Counted from the stretch's first letter, positions 27,201 through 40,786 are shown. The stretch: DNA of 64,000 nucleotides from Laetmonice hystrix (GCA_965235115.1 OZ249445.1:11036001-11100000), one strand, 5' to 3'. A program made the numbers and translations. The notes: a model not told the origin generated them from the sequence alone.

Positions 27201-29383
27201 TGTTGTGGTAGGAAAGTGTGGGAATTATGCAGGGACAAGGATGTGGGTTGGTAGATGTCGGATACTGATGGTTTATAGGCCCACATACACAGTGATTCTG
27301 GCTACGAAAGGTCCTTGTGACAGGCTCCCATCAGCACAGAAATGGTGTATTGCAACGTTTTACATGACACCAATTGCATTCCCGCCTGATCCATGCTCAT
27401 GGGGCTCATATGCTTTTTACGTGCCAATGTAGTTACACTTAGAGTATATATATTTCTTATTCATGGGTCACATATAAATATTTCATATACATATGCCAGC
27501 GTTCACTTCTAGCTGCCCTTGTAGCTGCATGCAGAATGTAGAACGCGGCCACTGGGGGAAGGCCATCCATCATGTTTCCATAATGGACCAATACAAGTAA
27601 CTGTTCGGATAACAAATACGATTATACCAAGTCCCCGAGATGTAATTGTATTAAATCCTCGTTATTTACACCTACTGACGGATCTCTCTTATATTTAATA
27701 TATAGATTATCTATTAGGTACGTTAAATGGACTATGAGATAGTTGATTATTGTATTGCCTATTGGTGTTTAAATACAACCTTGTAGCCGACCACTATAAT
27801 CCAATCTAAGCGCGGAGTGGGTTGGTTTGTTTAGTTTATCTCCCACGCACGGTGCCCCCTGACCACAAGTAAATATACTATTGTGTGTTGTGAACAGATG
27901 GAACATGTATTCCTTTACGACCGCCATGTGATGTGGCTGTAGGCCGTGTACGTGTCCCGGGAACACTGGAGGCTGGCAGCTAACTTCTCGTTGACCCCGA
28001 CCCCACCCCTCCCACCCCCTTCCACCCGTCACTGGGGTCGCCAGAAACCCTGTCACCACGCCTCAAACGTCGGACTGATCTAATCTCATGTCTGGCCCAC
28101 ATGTGTGTAACCAAGTCCAAGTGAATCCCCCCACCCCAAATCTTTCAGGAATTTTATCATTGTGCCATTGTTTATACCTTGGGCCTATCTGTTGCACACT
28201 GTTGCCCACATGAAATATTTACTTTCATAATAGGTACTAATGTTACACTGTAGTGTGATAAGACTAGACCTACATATGGGCAAACTTGTAAGAATAAATT
28301 CTCTCACGCCGGGAAATCACCTTGTCAGTGATTTTCAACTTCAAATTTCAATTTCCAACTTTGGCACCATCAAACTAACTACCGCCCCCAGTCTGTGGGT
28401 GTTGCTGTTATATATATGTGTAACAGAGTCATGCTGTGGTAATCTGAGACGGCCTTGATTATTTTCATAACTAATTCAAACAACACGTTCACCACTTGTA
28501 TATGAACACTGCCGAGCGTAAAATTAACCGCAGCATGAAATGAAGCGAAGTGAAATCCACATCGAGTACACTTGAACTGACGTCGCCTCGTCAAGTATGT
28601 CAGCCGTGAAATCCACTGACCGAAGATTGCCAGGCGATATTCGTTAATTGTTTTACGTTAATGGCAATATTAATTACTATATAGTGGATTAAAATTACGC
28701 AGCATGTGATTGGGTGCGGGGTTGAAGTGAGATGAGTCATCGATTAGTGACGAGTCGGCCGACGCCAGGGCCGACCCGGTCTCCAATGACACATCTCAAC
28801 CCAACATGCCCAGTGAATTCAAGTGCCACCATTTTATCTCCATACGAATTTCACGGATGACGAGACGTTTAATACGTCAATATGCTATCTCTAGATATGT
28901 GCCTATACTAAATAACCTTCCTTTTTTACATTTTCGCCCCGACACAAATTCGCTCATGTTTATAAAATTGGCCTCTCGATGTGCCTTTGTTATGTATGAG
29001 TCATCCACGCTAACATGTGCTTTATCAAAGATTTAGTTGGAAATGTGTGTAGTCAACTATACCAACGTGGTGACATATGCTTTAGGGCTCCCAACTTGAC
29101 CTCTTTAAAAGACCTACATATACAGGGTCGATACCGTCACAATGCCTCTATCGTTGGTGGATATTATATAAGCCTACACACATTCCAGAGGGCTGACCAT
29201 GCAACATCATCCACTTCCTCATAATAACTTGGAGACTGACGATGACAGCACCACAGAAATGGGGGTGGCGGGAGGGGAGGTCAGCTGTTTGAGATCAAGA
29301 AAAATATGGCGGATATCCACAGGCCTTACAGCCATTATACAATAAAAAGGAGGTCTTTGTCGGAAATCTGTCAAAGGAAGAGA

Positions 29384-29526
29384 NNNNNNNNNNNNNNNNN
29401 NNNNNNNNNNNNNNNNNNNNNNNNNNNNNNNNNNNNNNNNNNNNNNNNNNNNNNNNNNNNNNNNNNNNNNNNNNNNNNNNNNNNNNNNNNNNNNNNNNNN
29501 NNNNNNNNNNNNNNNNNNNNNNNNNN
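29384..29526. other. Assembly gap (143 N)
   Basis: Run of N. Confidence 1.
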
Positions 29527-30906
29527 AGACATAGGACCCATTAACTAGCCTTAATTTAGTCACAAGCACAGCCACATTTTCAATACCATTATCTATACCT
29601 CCCACTACATCTCGGTATAGGAAAGTGTCGACGCAACGCCACATGGGCGACCTTCCAATCGCTCGGGGCCCATTTGCAAAGACCTGATCGCAACCAATCG
29701 TAATTAGGTAGCCGTGGGGTGTGAAAGGTCGTCCCACTCCAGCCTGTGATGTGCGTCCCCTGGGTTCATACCCTCGTCCTATCAGGGTGTACATGAACCC
29801 TGAGGATATAGTGCTGATAGGTCTCGCACTGTGACACCCCATGCAACTGTTCCTAGTAGGTTTAGATATGTTTATAGGTGGATATAACTGTGGTTTCCAC
29901 GACCCATATTTCTGCATCCAGCACACGGCCATCTGATTGTGTCGAACATCAAGGACATAGAACGGAGACGCTGCCCGGAGTGACCGCTCCCTCTCACCCA
30001 CCCATCTACCCGGTCTCCAGGAATGTCCCGAATGTTATGCATGTCCTCTCACCGTCCCGTGCACGTGGTGCTGAATGCTGGCCAAATAACTGATCAACCT
30101 CTATGGTAGGCCAATCTACTCTTTGTCCAATAACTCCAATTGCAGTTCCAAGTATACAAGAAATAATGATCTTATTTCTAGGAAGAATGTAACATTCCGG
30201 CTATCAGGGTCAAAAATCTTAGTTCAAGACACCAACCCAGTCTCAGTTAGTTTCATTAGACAAGGATACACATACAAGTAAGGGGTGCATCATGTATGGC
30301 TCCAGAATCTTGGCAATTATTCACCGGCGCGGTATGAGTCCAGTTAAGATCACAGATCAGGGATTGCCCAATAAGAGCCCTATATCTAACTGACCTTGGA
30401 TGTCCTAGTTCTATGTTACCCTTGCACCGGGGCTCTGATAGATAGGGGTGTGAGAACCATATGAAGGAATTCCACCAATGTTGGAGGGATACACTGTTTT
30501 GCTGGGTGAGTCCCGAGGGTCAAGATAACGTTTGCCTCAGCAGGAAACTCCACAACAAACCAAAATCAACTAAGTAACTGGATCAATCGGGGTATATCTG
30601 ATGGCAAACTCGGGAGCTGCACTATTTCAATTTGACGCACACTTATAAAGATTATAGTACATTTGTAACTTCCAAATTTGCATTAATGCTTGACCACAAA
30701 GGGCTACAGCTTGCTGGTCATCTGTCTTGTTTATGCAGCCTATATTCGACACACTGAATTCTCTACTGGTTATCAAGAAAATGCCGAAGGTATAATGCCG
30801 CAATGAGTAAAGTTGTTTAATCGCTGTTCATTTACCCCCAAGCTTGCACCCAGTGGTAAACTAGACCTGCTTACATTATAGTCTGGATGATAGAGCGTTC
30901 ACCTAC

Positions 30907-31226
30907 CTCTGTGTTCGACTAGCGCTCTGGGCCGCCGCTGTTCGTACTCCGGACTTGGCTGACTGAGTGACCAGCTTCAGAGGCTGGGAGAACGGCTCAC
31001 GGCGAAGTGATGGTTTGGCTCGGCTCCCGGGGTAGAGTACGTAAGTTATCGGCTGGGAGAACCGGTTGAGATCAGTGTAGCTGTTGCCGGGATACGGAAG
31101 GCGTACCGGCTTCGGTAGAGTTGGGAGGGACTCTGGAGGGTATATAGCTGGGGCTTGGCTGGTTTGGCGGTTGATGGTGGGATGCACACCCGGTCAGTGA
31201 AAGCGCGTGGTCTTCCAGACGTTTCC
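30907..31226 (-). promoter_or_regulatory. Candidate heat-shock promoter and non-coding first exon (possibly of the sHSP at 21156-22076)
   Basis: Three-pentamer HSE with one mismatch, cTTCc-aGACg-tTTCc, at 31212-31226. CTATATA at about 31141-31147 (minus). An ATG-free stretch of about 210 nt ends in a strong donor AG|GTAGGT at 30907/30906. Assignment to the sHSP is inference. Confidence 0.4.
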
Positions 31227-34200
31227 AGGTCGGCGGCCGTCTAAGGTTTCACTAGTCAGGGCGGAGTGGCGCACAGACCCTATTCCTGTAAGCTGGCCCC
31301 GTGATGCCCACACAGTTTATACACACACGCTCTGGGCCGACCGGCCTGCCCTACGGATGCGATTGGTTTCTAGGCAGAGCCGGTTTCTATGGTGGACCTC
31401 GTGTTCTCAGTGAGCAGCCTCCGCCTGGGGTCGTGCCCACGTGACCGGCGGGCAGTGTTCACTCCAGTCTCGGTGTGGATGATCGAGACTGTTCACTCCG
31501 GATCGAGCTAGATCCGTGTATATATCTATACTTAACAGTTAGGCTTATATATTAGCCTTACCTGGATTATGTATTTTCCACAGTGTCAAATATCAATGCG
31601 TCACGTTTTTTCCCTCAAATAGTTCGATTTTTCGACACAACCAGGGAGGATGACAGCTCTTCTTCAACTTGTAAATCAGGTAATATGGAAGAACCTGAAA
31701 CAACAAAAAGGCCCGTTTTACTGCAATGGCAGCAAGTTGTGGTCAGAATATCGTCTTTGTTCACCTATGTCAATCCTGAGACTACAGGCAGTGCATTAAG
31801 TACAACCGGCGTCTGATCTCACTCAACAGTCGCGTGCATTTGATGTCGACAACGTGGACGCGAGCCGGTTCGGCTAGACTATATAACCACTCCCAATGAC
31901 GCCATGGAATCTCCGAGAAACTTCTATTAATAGACTCTTGCCATGCCCGGAATTCCTCAATGAGGAGTTTTGCCGTAACAGTGGACACCAGAAGGACGGT
32001 ATGCGGTGGGTGTGTGTTGACGTTGAGGGGAGTTGAGTAGCGGGTATCTACCCCCACGTGGTGGCTGCTGCTGACTGGCACGCTCTGCTTCACATGAATC
32101 TTCAGACAGCAGCGAGCCGCAGCCAACAGCCAGGATAATTACTACATTATGTTGATGAGCCGCGCGGCTGAGGTCACCGTCTAAAAAAGAGACACGCGTG
32201 AGAAAAAACGAATGGCTCTCTCAGCATGTGGTCGAACGCCAGTCTTGTTTATGTCGCAGCGAAGACGGACGTCTTCACATGACCTCAACTTGTATTTTCT
32301 TATTCTAACAGAGACGATTATATAAAAACATTTAAACAAAACAATATCAAACTTTAAATACTTCGCTCGGGAGCATGAATGTCTTTGCTGACCCCCTTTC
32401 CTTTCTTCTGCATTTCTGTCAATATGTATGCTATACATGCATAATACCTGTATCCACATGATATATCCCTATACATATATAAATATATAGCCAGGTGAGT
32501 GACGGGGTATGCATGATTCTGCATGCATGTTACCGGTTTCCATGTAGACTGGTAGAGCAAAGACAGTTGGAAAGATATAGTTATCACAATCAATAAAGCA
32601 TGAGGTTCCTCATGAAAGACTACCTGAATTTATTTCTTCGAATGTACAATTCATAGACTCCACATTGCAGCATAGATTTTAAATCCTCCCTCTCCACTTA
32701 TTTCACCATAGCCAGATATAAATTGGACAAAGGAGATCTGATCCTAGCATTCGTCCAAGGTTTAAGAACATAATATGTACATACGGATGGACATTTGGCA
32801 CAGGGCAGGATTAAGGCCACGTCCCGGATGCTATGACATAAACAGACATTGGTGTCACAGGTGGAGATAGCAAAGTTCTGATGACACCTGTGACAATACG
32901 GTCACTGTGGGTCCCTGACTGGATGCGTCACCGTGTGCACTCTATGTCAGTATAGGTGTATTACTTGAGGCGTGTGACGTTCAATAACGCTAGCCGCTAT
33001 AGGCCGTGCCAGCCCCGCAGGTGATGCACTCGCATATCAATGGAAATCATAGACATCCAGGATATAACATATATAATGTATGTACAATTATTGGTCTGTA
33101 TATTCATACATGTACACATAATGATATACACAGAAGGATGCCTATTGTTGGGATGTGGGGAATTGGAAACGAGGTCCCAGACCTGGATGAAGATTTCAAA
33201 CAGAGGGGGTGGTTCTATACGTAGGGGGCGTTCGCACAAAGATCGTTCCATAACGACCTCATAAGCACGCGAGGTGGCAGCACTAGTGTACTACTATTTA
33301 ACTAGGGAAACGCCCCCTATATTTATCACACCATATCGTGCTGAGGTTGATAGATAGACCTAATCAGCATTTGTGGGCATGATATCCTCTGATGTAGCCA
33401 TGGTCAGGGCACTTCATCATTCTTTATACAATATCTCAAAGAAGAAGACTCTAGAAATGTGATGTCTGTCGGACGTCTAAAAGTATGACATCCTTGCCGA
33501 CAACATCCGGTATCTTGAGTCATAGAGAAAGCCTCAACCATTCGACATGGCATCACTCAATCGATACGTCACCTCGCTGGCGTCAGGCCCCACCGTCCGC
33601 CTCGCCCATTGACACGCCCTCGTGTGGTCGAGGCTGGTCACCACCACAAACCGGGGCCGAGTCCATTCGAGTTTTTTGGTTTCCGCCTAATATTGCTGGT
33701 GATATAATTCACACACCACCGGGAAAACGTCATTACAAAGGCGTGCATGGATCACATGATTTAAAATGAAGGTCAACACGTAAAGGTTCGGTATATATCG
33801 CACGCCAAAGCAGAATTCCTGGTAAACTGGATATACTAGAATGTACCAAACATATAGCGGCGCCGAGATTAAATCTGAGAGAAAAGCACAGCTAGGGAAT
33901 CCATGAAAAAAAATCAAGAGGATCGTTTGACATATTCCACTCGGGTCTTCAAACGACCTAATCATGACCTTATGTACCTCTCCTACCGAGCCAGCCGCCC
34001 TCGCAAACACTAGTCATTACAGAATGTCTGTGTATCTTCACATGGATATATCATTCCCATGTGAGGATAGCCGGTTTCTTCCAAGTGAGCGCCCAGTGCA
34101 AATAGGTCATCGAGTGTATAACAGTTTCTTGTACGTCTTACTTCAATAAAGATATCACGGGGACCGGTTCCTGTTACAGAAGGATTTGAAAGTTTGAACG

Positions 34201-37159
34201 CTTACAGTATGTATCAAAATCCTTATAGCGAGCCGCTCACTCGGACAGGAGGACATCAATCTACTGCCCCCCTATCACTCACTTCATCTAGGTGTGTCAC
34301 TATAGAAGTCCTACCACATGAGGTACACACAACATATCCTCATACCCCCTTCCATGCCCTGCCCCGAACCCCCTCACCTTAATACAGAGATGATCGATAC
34401 GACACACGCAAGTCACATGACAATTCTTTTGTCTGCAGAGACTACCTCCTTACTTTTTGCTTTCTTGACGTGAGTGTAACAAAATGTTTAACCCATTTTT
34501 TTCAGCCAGAGGTCCCTTGCCAATGAGTCTGTGACCTTCGAGGACGTTTATTTTATACCTGCTTAAACCAGCCAACTTGACTGCCCACGGGCGGCAGTTT
34601 GGTGTGGTACGCCAGCAGAAAATTTAATTATATGTAGCTGCTATGTATTCTTTTCTTTAAAAAACTTTTCCTATCTTGGTGAAAGTGTTTTTGTTAAAGC
34701 AGGACGATGTCGGTCCTGATTTAGTCTTGCTGTGTGTTCGGTACCACGGCCCAACTGCTGTCGGACGGTCGACTATTAGATCAACACGTTTGAACTTCTC
34801 AGCTGGCTGGACCGAAATGAATTACAGCAAAAGAAGAAAACAAAGGTCACCGCTTGTAAATGTAGAAGGCAATTTACGTTCAGGAGTGTAATCAGGTTAG
34901 CTCGTGAGGCTTTGTTACGTGTGAGCTGAGATGGAGTCAAGCGTGAAATGAACCAGGTCGATGAATTGGTTGAACTAGATTATAAATTGACACAAATCAT
35001 TATGAAGTCTCCAACACTGTACTAGGAAATGCCAACATATGCGCGTGCCATTTCGTGCTGTGTTAAATCGACGAACGCTTGGAGGTCATTACAAGGAGGA
35101 ACCGGCGAGCACGCATGCGCGGATTATAGTGAATCCGACTGACGTATATCAGTGATAGACCTATACTTATTTACGTATAGACTTTTTTTTATATCATAAT
35201 ATATGACTGACAGAGCGTCTGGGTGTGTGTATTCTATGGCAGTGATCGCTGAACATGTGACCTGAATAGCACCTCAACCAGATGTGGTAGAGGTTGTTGC
35301 CACTTGTTTTAATCTTCAATCTCATGAGACGTTGTATCACTAGATTTATACGTGAGCTATGATTCCATGGAAAACTACACTTGTTCATTTCTATATAACT
35401 TCACATCCCTTGATTCTGAACTTTCGGAGATTCCCCGGAAATCAGCAAACTGAAACCTCGCTGGGGATAAATCAGTATAAACTTAGATATCCACATCCTA
35501 CATGACCTAGACCTCCTGCTTCATTTGTGGCACTGGGGGCTGCAGTGGGGTCTGATTGAACTCCGGGTCCCTGTAGGACCATCAATAATCTAATTTCATT
35601 TGACAAAATACGATAATATATTACCCAGGGACGTGATTTGTAGGGATACGCCCATTACCCTAAGCAAGGCGAACCCATAAACACCCATTGCTATGGCCGT
35701 GATGGGTATAGGCATAGATCACTCGATTACTATAAGAGCATATTCCTTTAACTGCCCGAGGTGAGGCCAAGTTGGGGTGGGATACATGGGCACTGTTGTC
35801 GCCATGACCCCAGAGTGGCACTAGCCAGGAAACCATGCACCACTCTTTTAGTTCAGACGGCAGCGATACTTTCGTTCTCAGTGTACCGTCCGCAGTTCTC
35901 GTATAGACACCAGTATTTTATATCTAACACCCTCTACATCCCACTTCAGTATCTCCATCACCTACAGGCATGTGTAATTAAGGAAGTTAATTACTCATGA
36001 GAGGGAAAGTTTTTTTGTTTTTGAAAATAAAAGCAGGACATTCAAGATGCTGAAGTTTCTCACACCTTATAATAGCTGGGATATCTCTGTAAATATTTCG
36101 TGTCTTCAAAATCGAATTTATCATTGTATGAGTTACTTGATTTAATACAATCCGTTATCGCAACAAAAAACGTAATAAAATTATTCGGATTAGTAGAAAA
36201 TATTAAATGGGACTGTACTACACTCAACGGTAATTAAAACTCTGCGAGGACAGAAATAGAACATGTGGCTTTGATTTCAGCCTTGTCCGGATCAGTGACT
36301 TCTGATTGGCAATTTTGTAATCTCTATGGCTGGTCGAACCTCAAGGATTTCGAGTTTATTTATATCACAGAGATCACATCTCCTCGGCCGTGACACAGAA
36401 TGTGGCCAGCCTGTACTGAGGCAAATAACCTGTAATACAGGCGCAGACAAGGAAAGGAGAACTTTTTCTCCTTCAAAATAAACATAGAAAATATATCAAT
36501 GATTAGCATTAAATTGAATACATTTGTACTTACAAGTGCTGTGAAGATATGGTAAAATTGTCAGGAGAGGGAAACCTGGCCATGACACTACATCCATAAT
36601 CCCCAAATTCCAGTTATCTCGATTGACCTTTTTAGTGTTATAATCCTCTGTGTAACATTAGACCATTGCACCTTCCCCTGTTCATGCACCTTTCCTGTAC
36701 AGACAATTATGAGAAACTATCGTTTGGTAACCAATCCTTTCACAACCCCGAACGACGTTCTAAAACTTGCATTTAATCCATTTAAATCATAAATCAAAGA
36801 CCTAGATATTTTACAAACTTTAATCATCTTTCTAAAATACTGTTGATATATAATTCGATTTTAAAAAATCGATATAATACAAACGTTTAAAAAGGTGTAC
36901 ATAAATAAAAATGGAAATAAAACCCACACATATATATATATTCACATGTATAAAATGGAATTTTTGAAGGAACCCCCATAGTTCTGTTGTTTCAAACCAT
37001 TCGTTCAGCCTGAGCCGTAGAACACAGCCAGTACATGGAGACCTATTCTATATCAGGTCCCACATGACTTGTGCATGTGTATGATATTTCAGTTATCGAT
37101 ATTCTCAGGATTTGAAGCATTGTTTACCATATAGAAATTGTTCGTGAACGCTGCCGAGG

Positions 37160-37432
37160 TCAACACATCATTGCTGCCTCTACACTGAGAACACCGTCGT
37201 TTAGTTCGGCCTCCACCGTGTAGGGGTCGACACTCTCCGGCATCTCGATGGTCTTCAGGACGGCGTCCGACCGACTCAGTACGAGTAGACGTTTGTCGTC
37301 TGGTCGAACTGTGACGTCACTGCTCTCATACCCGGACAGCGCGATGTCAACATGTACGATCTTGGTGCCGTCTTTCTCAAGGATGACGGGGGTTGAGTCG
37401 ACCGTCTCGACGTTTGTAGTCTGTGGCGCCAT
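37160..37432 (-). CDS. Minimal 90-aa single alpha-crystallin-domain (sHSP-like) protein
   Basis: VHVDIALSGYESSDVTVRPDDKRLLVLSR-SDAVLKTIEMPESVDPYTVEAELNDGVLSVEA aligns by eye to ACD2 of the neighbouring sHSPs, with a deletion of about 10 aa. ATG is in GACATGG context, preceded by acceptor TTTTCGTAATTTTCGCAG ending at 37449. Confidence 0.85.
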   Translation of the reverse strand: MAPQTTNVETVDSTPVILEKDGTKIVHVDIALSGYESSDVTVRPDDKRLLVLSRSDAVLKTIEMPESVDPYTVEAELNDGVLSVEAAMMC

Positions 37433-37798
37433 GTCGCACGGTAAATTACTGCGAAAATTACGAAAACACTTGAAACATGATTGTGAACGTGGTTTTTCTG
37501 TGTATTTCCGATCATGTAACAGCTAAAGGTCCACTGGCAAGGGGGCAGAGACGACAAAACCTTAATTGAGAATAGGATTTAGCTATTACAGGTAGGCCTA
37601 TACAGACTCAGGTTGTCGGGAGACCTAAGCATGTACATTCAATTGTAAAACACTACGAGAACGAATTTAAGTTTGGCGGGTAGATGTACACGGGGGGGGG
37701 GGGGGGGGCACTCTCTTCTCATTAAGAGGTTCAATGATCTCAGGCGACATAAATAATATATTCAGCAAATGCCAGGTCAAATTCAAATAAACCTTACC

Positions 37799-38085
37799 TT
37801 CTTGTGATCGGTCCCTCTAGTGTTGTGAATGGCTGAAATAGTCGGAGTCACTCTCTTCCTTGTGTACAGATCCTTCTCTCGTGAGTCCACCTCAAACTTA
37901 GTCTATCCCAGCCCCTTTCTGCCCCTTTTATACGATTCCCTCGCAGGTAAACGGGGTAAAGTGATGTCAGTATATATTCTGGATGAGGATTAGTTGGATG
38001 TTGAGTGGTATCTGGGAACCAGCTTCCTGATTCACCCGGTTTGTCAGCCACCCCCTCCCCAGACTGGTATCTTCTGGAATACCTG
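37799..38085 (-). promoter_or_regulatory. TATA promoter, HSE-like element and non-coding exon 1 of the 90-aa sHSP
   Basis: TATAAAAG at 37932-37925 (minus). An ATG-free exon of about 100 nt ends at donor AAG|GTAAGG (37799/37798), giving a 350-nt intron to 37449. cTTCt-gGAAt-aCCTg at 38071-38085 has two perfect HSE pentamers plus one degenerate. Confidence 0.6.
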
Positions 38086-38211
38086 CAGACGGGGAACTCC
38101 CGGAGGTGTATATTTGTTTTCCTCCCGTACGTACGTTCACGGGATGAGTCAGCGGGCAGGTATTCCGACCTGGAGGACGCGTGTCTGACTGGTCGGCATC
38201 ATTCATCCCCA

Positions 38212-38270
38212 CTCCTCCTCCTCCTCTTCCTCCTCCTCCTCCTCCTCCTCCTCCCCCTCCTCCTCCACCT
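38212..38270. repeat. (CCT)n microsatellite / polypyrimidine tract
   Basis: About 19 imperfect CCT units. It explains the poly-Pro and poly-Leu ORFs at 38181 and 38005. Confidence 0.9.
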
Positions 38271-40663
38271 CCGACTCAACTTGAGATACGCCCGCCCACT
38301 TCTCTCCCCCATATACACAAGTCACGATATCGTCTGCCATTGGAAGCTGACCGAGAGATGCTTCATCATGTCATATCATGATTCAGGGAAGGTTTTTGTC
38401 AAAGTGTTTGGCTGAATGGCCAACCAACGCCGAAAAATCGTCAATTCTAAGTACATTAAAAAGGGACTTTATTTTATATGCTTGACTAGGACCAGTGGAC
38501 CACTTGGAGTCCTAGGCAAAGGACGTTAAGTGGAAGGTCATTGGGAACGTTACTCCATGTCAGGTATAGAATTGTTCAAAGAGGCGAGCCTAGAATCTCC
38601 TATAGCATGCGTCACACGTACATCATGATACATTTCTCTGAAACCACATCACCAGCGTCTACAGCAGAATCTCAGACATGTTTATTAGAGACAGATTTAT
38701 GGCTATGCCCTGCTCTCCTCTGGCGTATGGGCACTGCACCACATTCTACTGGGGATGATGACAACAGATCAAATCATCTTCTTCTACGAACACTGCTCCC
38801 TTCCTGATTTTCTAAATATAGGCCTGCCTCCCCGCCCTTCATGATCTTTTTAAATATACGACGTCTGCTCATTGACACACACTAACCTCTAACAGTGCTC
38901 GGTGTACATATCACACCGTCCACCAATTTCCCAGCTGACGATGTAAACACTATTAGTTGTGCGGACTCTCTTCAAACTTCCGTGACTTCAGAGTAAAGCC
39001 TGATTACCCCACTGAAGGCCCAAGATACCGTACCCGACATGTGGAAGTCATGTTAAAATGGTCGTTACACTTCAGGCAAAGACTGTGGAAAATCGCCTTT
39101 AACATTTCCTCATAAATACATCTATTTTTGCATCTCCAATTTTAACGGTGTTTAACATTCAGAAACAAATAGAAACGATTTTATGTGAAGTACTCCAGAT
39201 GAATGTTCTATTGCAATGTATGAAACGTGGGGAACGTGCCTCCACCAAGGCCCCTAAAACAGGCCTCATACAGTTCAGAAATGACTGTGCCTCTAATCCT
39301 TTAGCGCTGTATAGGACCTGTTTAACACCTGTGTGCCTCCCCCTGGCCTACCGTTCTGGATCTGGTTCTCGAGTGGAGACCGTGAAAAGAACACCTCCAT
39401 AGAGCATCAGGTATATCACGGTCTGGTGACCGGACCATGAGATACGGGCCCTTGAACTACTCGACACTAACACCTAAAACTCCTTGATCCGATACACGCC
39501 CGCCCAGGGTGTGCCTGGATCTACCTGCTCTGGCCGGGTATAGTCTCAGTCAGGACGTGTCAGGTGGCCAACACACAGGTACGTGATTTATACCATCGCA
39601 CTAAACCTACACCCCCGAGAAGTCTACAGAAAAGATCGACGAAACACAGCAAAACGACCTAGAAATGTTATAGACATTGGAAAGGTAGGTTTATCTAAAC
39701 GGAAACTGCCTATACTTCAATCTTGTCACCACGTTATCCCAAATTCTGCACATCAGAGCCCTTTCTAAGCCTAACAGTTGTACAATCATGTATAGGTATA
39801 CGTATTATATGAGAATAGATAAGACAAAAATTGTAGCTCTAGAGTCAAATCTGATGATACGTTTGGGCTAGTCTATTAAGTAGACCTATACGTTAAAAGA
39901 TAAAACCACTTTTTTCACCAATACTTCAATTGAAATATTTTCCATTTAAAGTATCTTCAATATTCTGCGGGGTGTTGAGAATATTAGCCAAAACTTTATT
40001 GACGCAATCTGTATTGCACATAATAGTTCATCATCTTGCGAAATAAGAAGTTTGTTATGAATTCACCTACATAAATTTACGAATAGTATCATGAATACTA
40101 AAATCTAACAACTTAAAGCGCCATGAAAAGTAAACCTCCATCAGCACCAGCCGACCCAGATATTACGGTACCGAGTGACGCCTGGCCTAGAACCACTCTG
40201 CCGTAGCCATAGAAACCAAACAAAGCAAATTCCTTTGCATGCGAACACCATTACCAGGCCGATCCAGCACATGGCGGACCAAGCTCTTCGTTCCATGCCC
40301 CTGTGTATTGCATGTCTCTTTCAACAAGCTGCAGTCAAAAGAAACGTTCACGGAACAAGCTATATTTTCCGGGCTATATGTCCTACATCTGTCCGTTTAG
40401 AAAGGTTGGGTTAAAATAAGCTCTCTTATTAAATCGTTCTTCTTATATGATCATATCCATAAATAAAAACAAATAATCAGTAACCTTGTCGAGTTACGAG
40501 TACATTTCACAACTTGATATCTTAGACATGCTCTATTCTGGTATGTGAACTGCGGTAAATAATAATGAAAATGGAAAAGTCATAATGTTTGAAATGTTTG
40601 TATACTATATAACTATAAGCACCTTTGTTTCTCTATCTTCCTATCACAGATAAAGGTACGACC

Positions 40664-40765
40664 ATGCATCTTAACGCCAACGACACCAATCAGCGCGCCA
40701 CATGGTTACGTCCTTTAATTCAAAATGACGTCATCGGCTTGCAGACGACAGGCCTACTCCTCTGA
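40664..40765 (+). other. 33-codon uORF in frame with the downstream glycosyltransferase
   Basis: ACCATGC at 40664, TGA at 40763-40765, then 21 nt to the main ATG at 40787 (offset 123 nt = 41 codons). It lies just downstream of acceptor TTCCTATCACAG ending at 40649. Confidence 0.55.
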
Positions 40766-40786
40766 ACCAGTCATTTTGTCGAGCGA

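Noticed and set aside
29219-30001. 260-aa ORF spanning a gap, and a nearby PSDWKVAHV peptide resembling the start of a LINE RT domain
   Set aside because: The ORF length is inflated by Ns, and the following RT motifs are absent.
31782-33695. Protein-like minus-strand stretches (AKLLIEEFRAWQESINRSF...; AETKKLEWTRPRFVVVTSL...) as exons of a hidden gene
   Set aside because: I could not link them into a phase-consistent model or recognise a family; a translated search would be needed.
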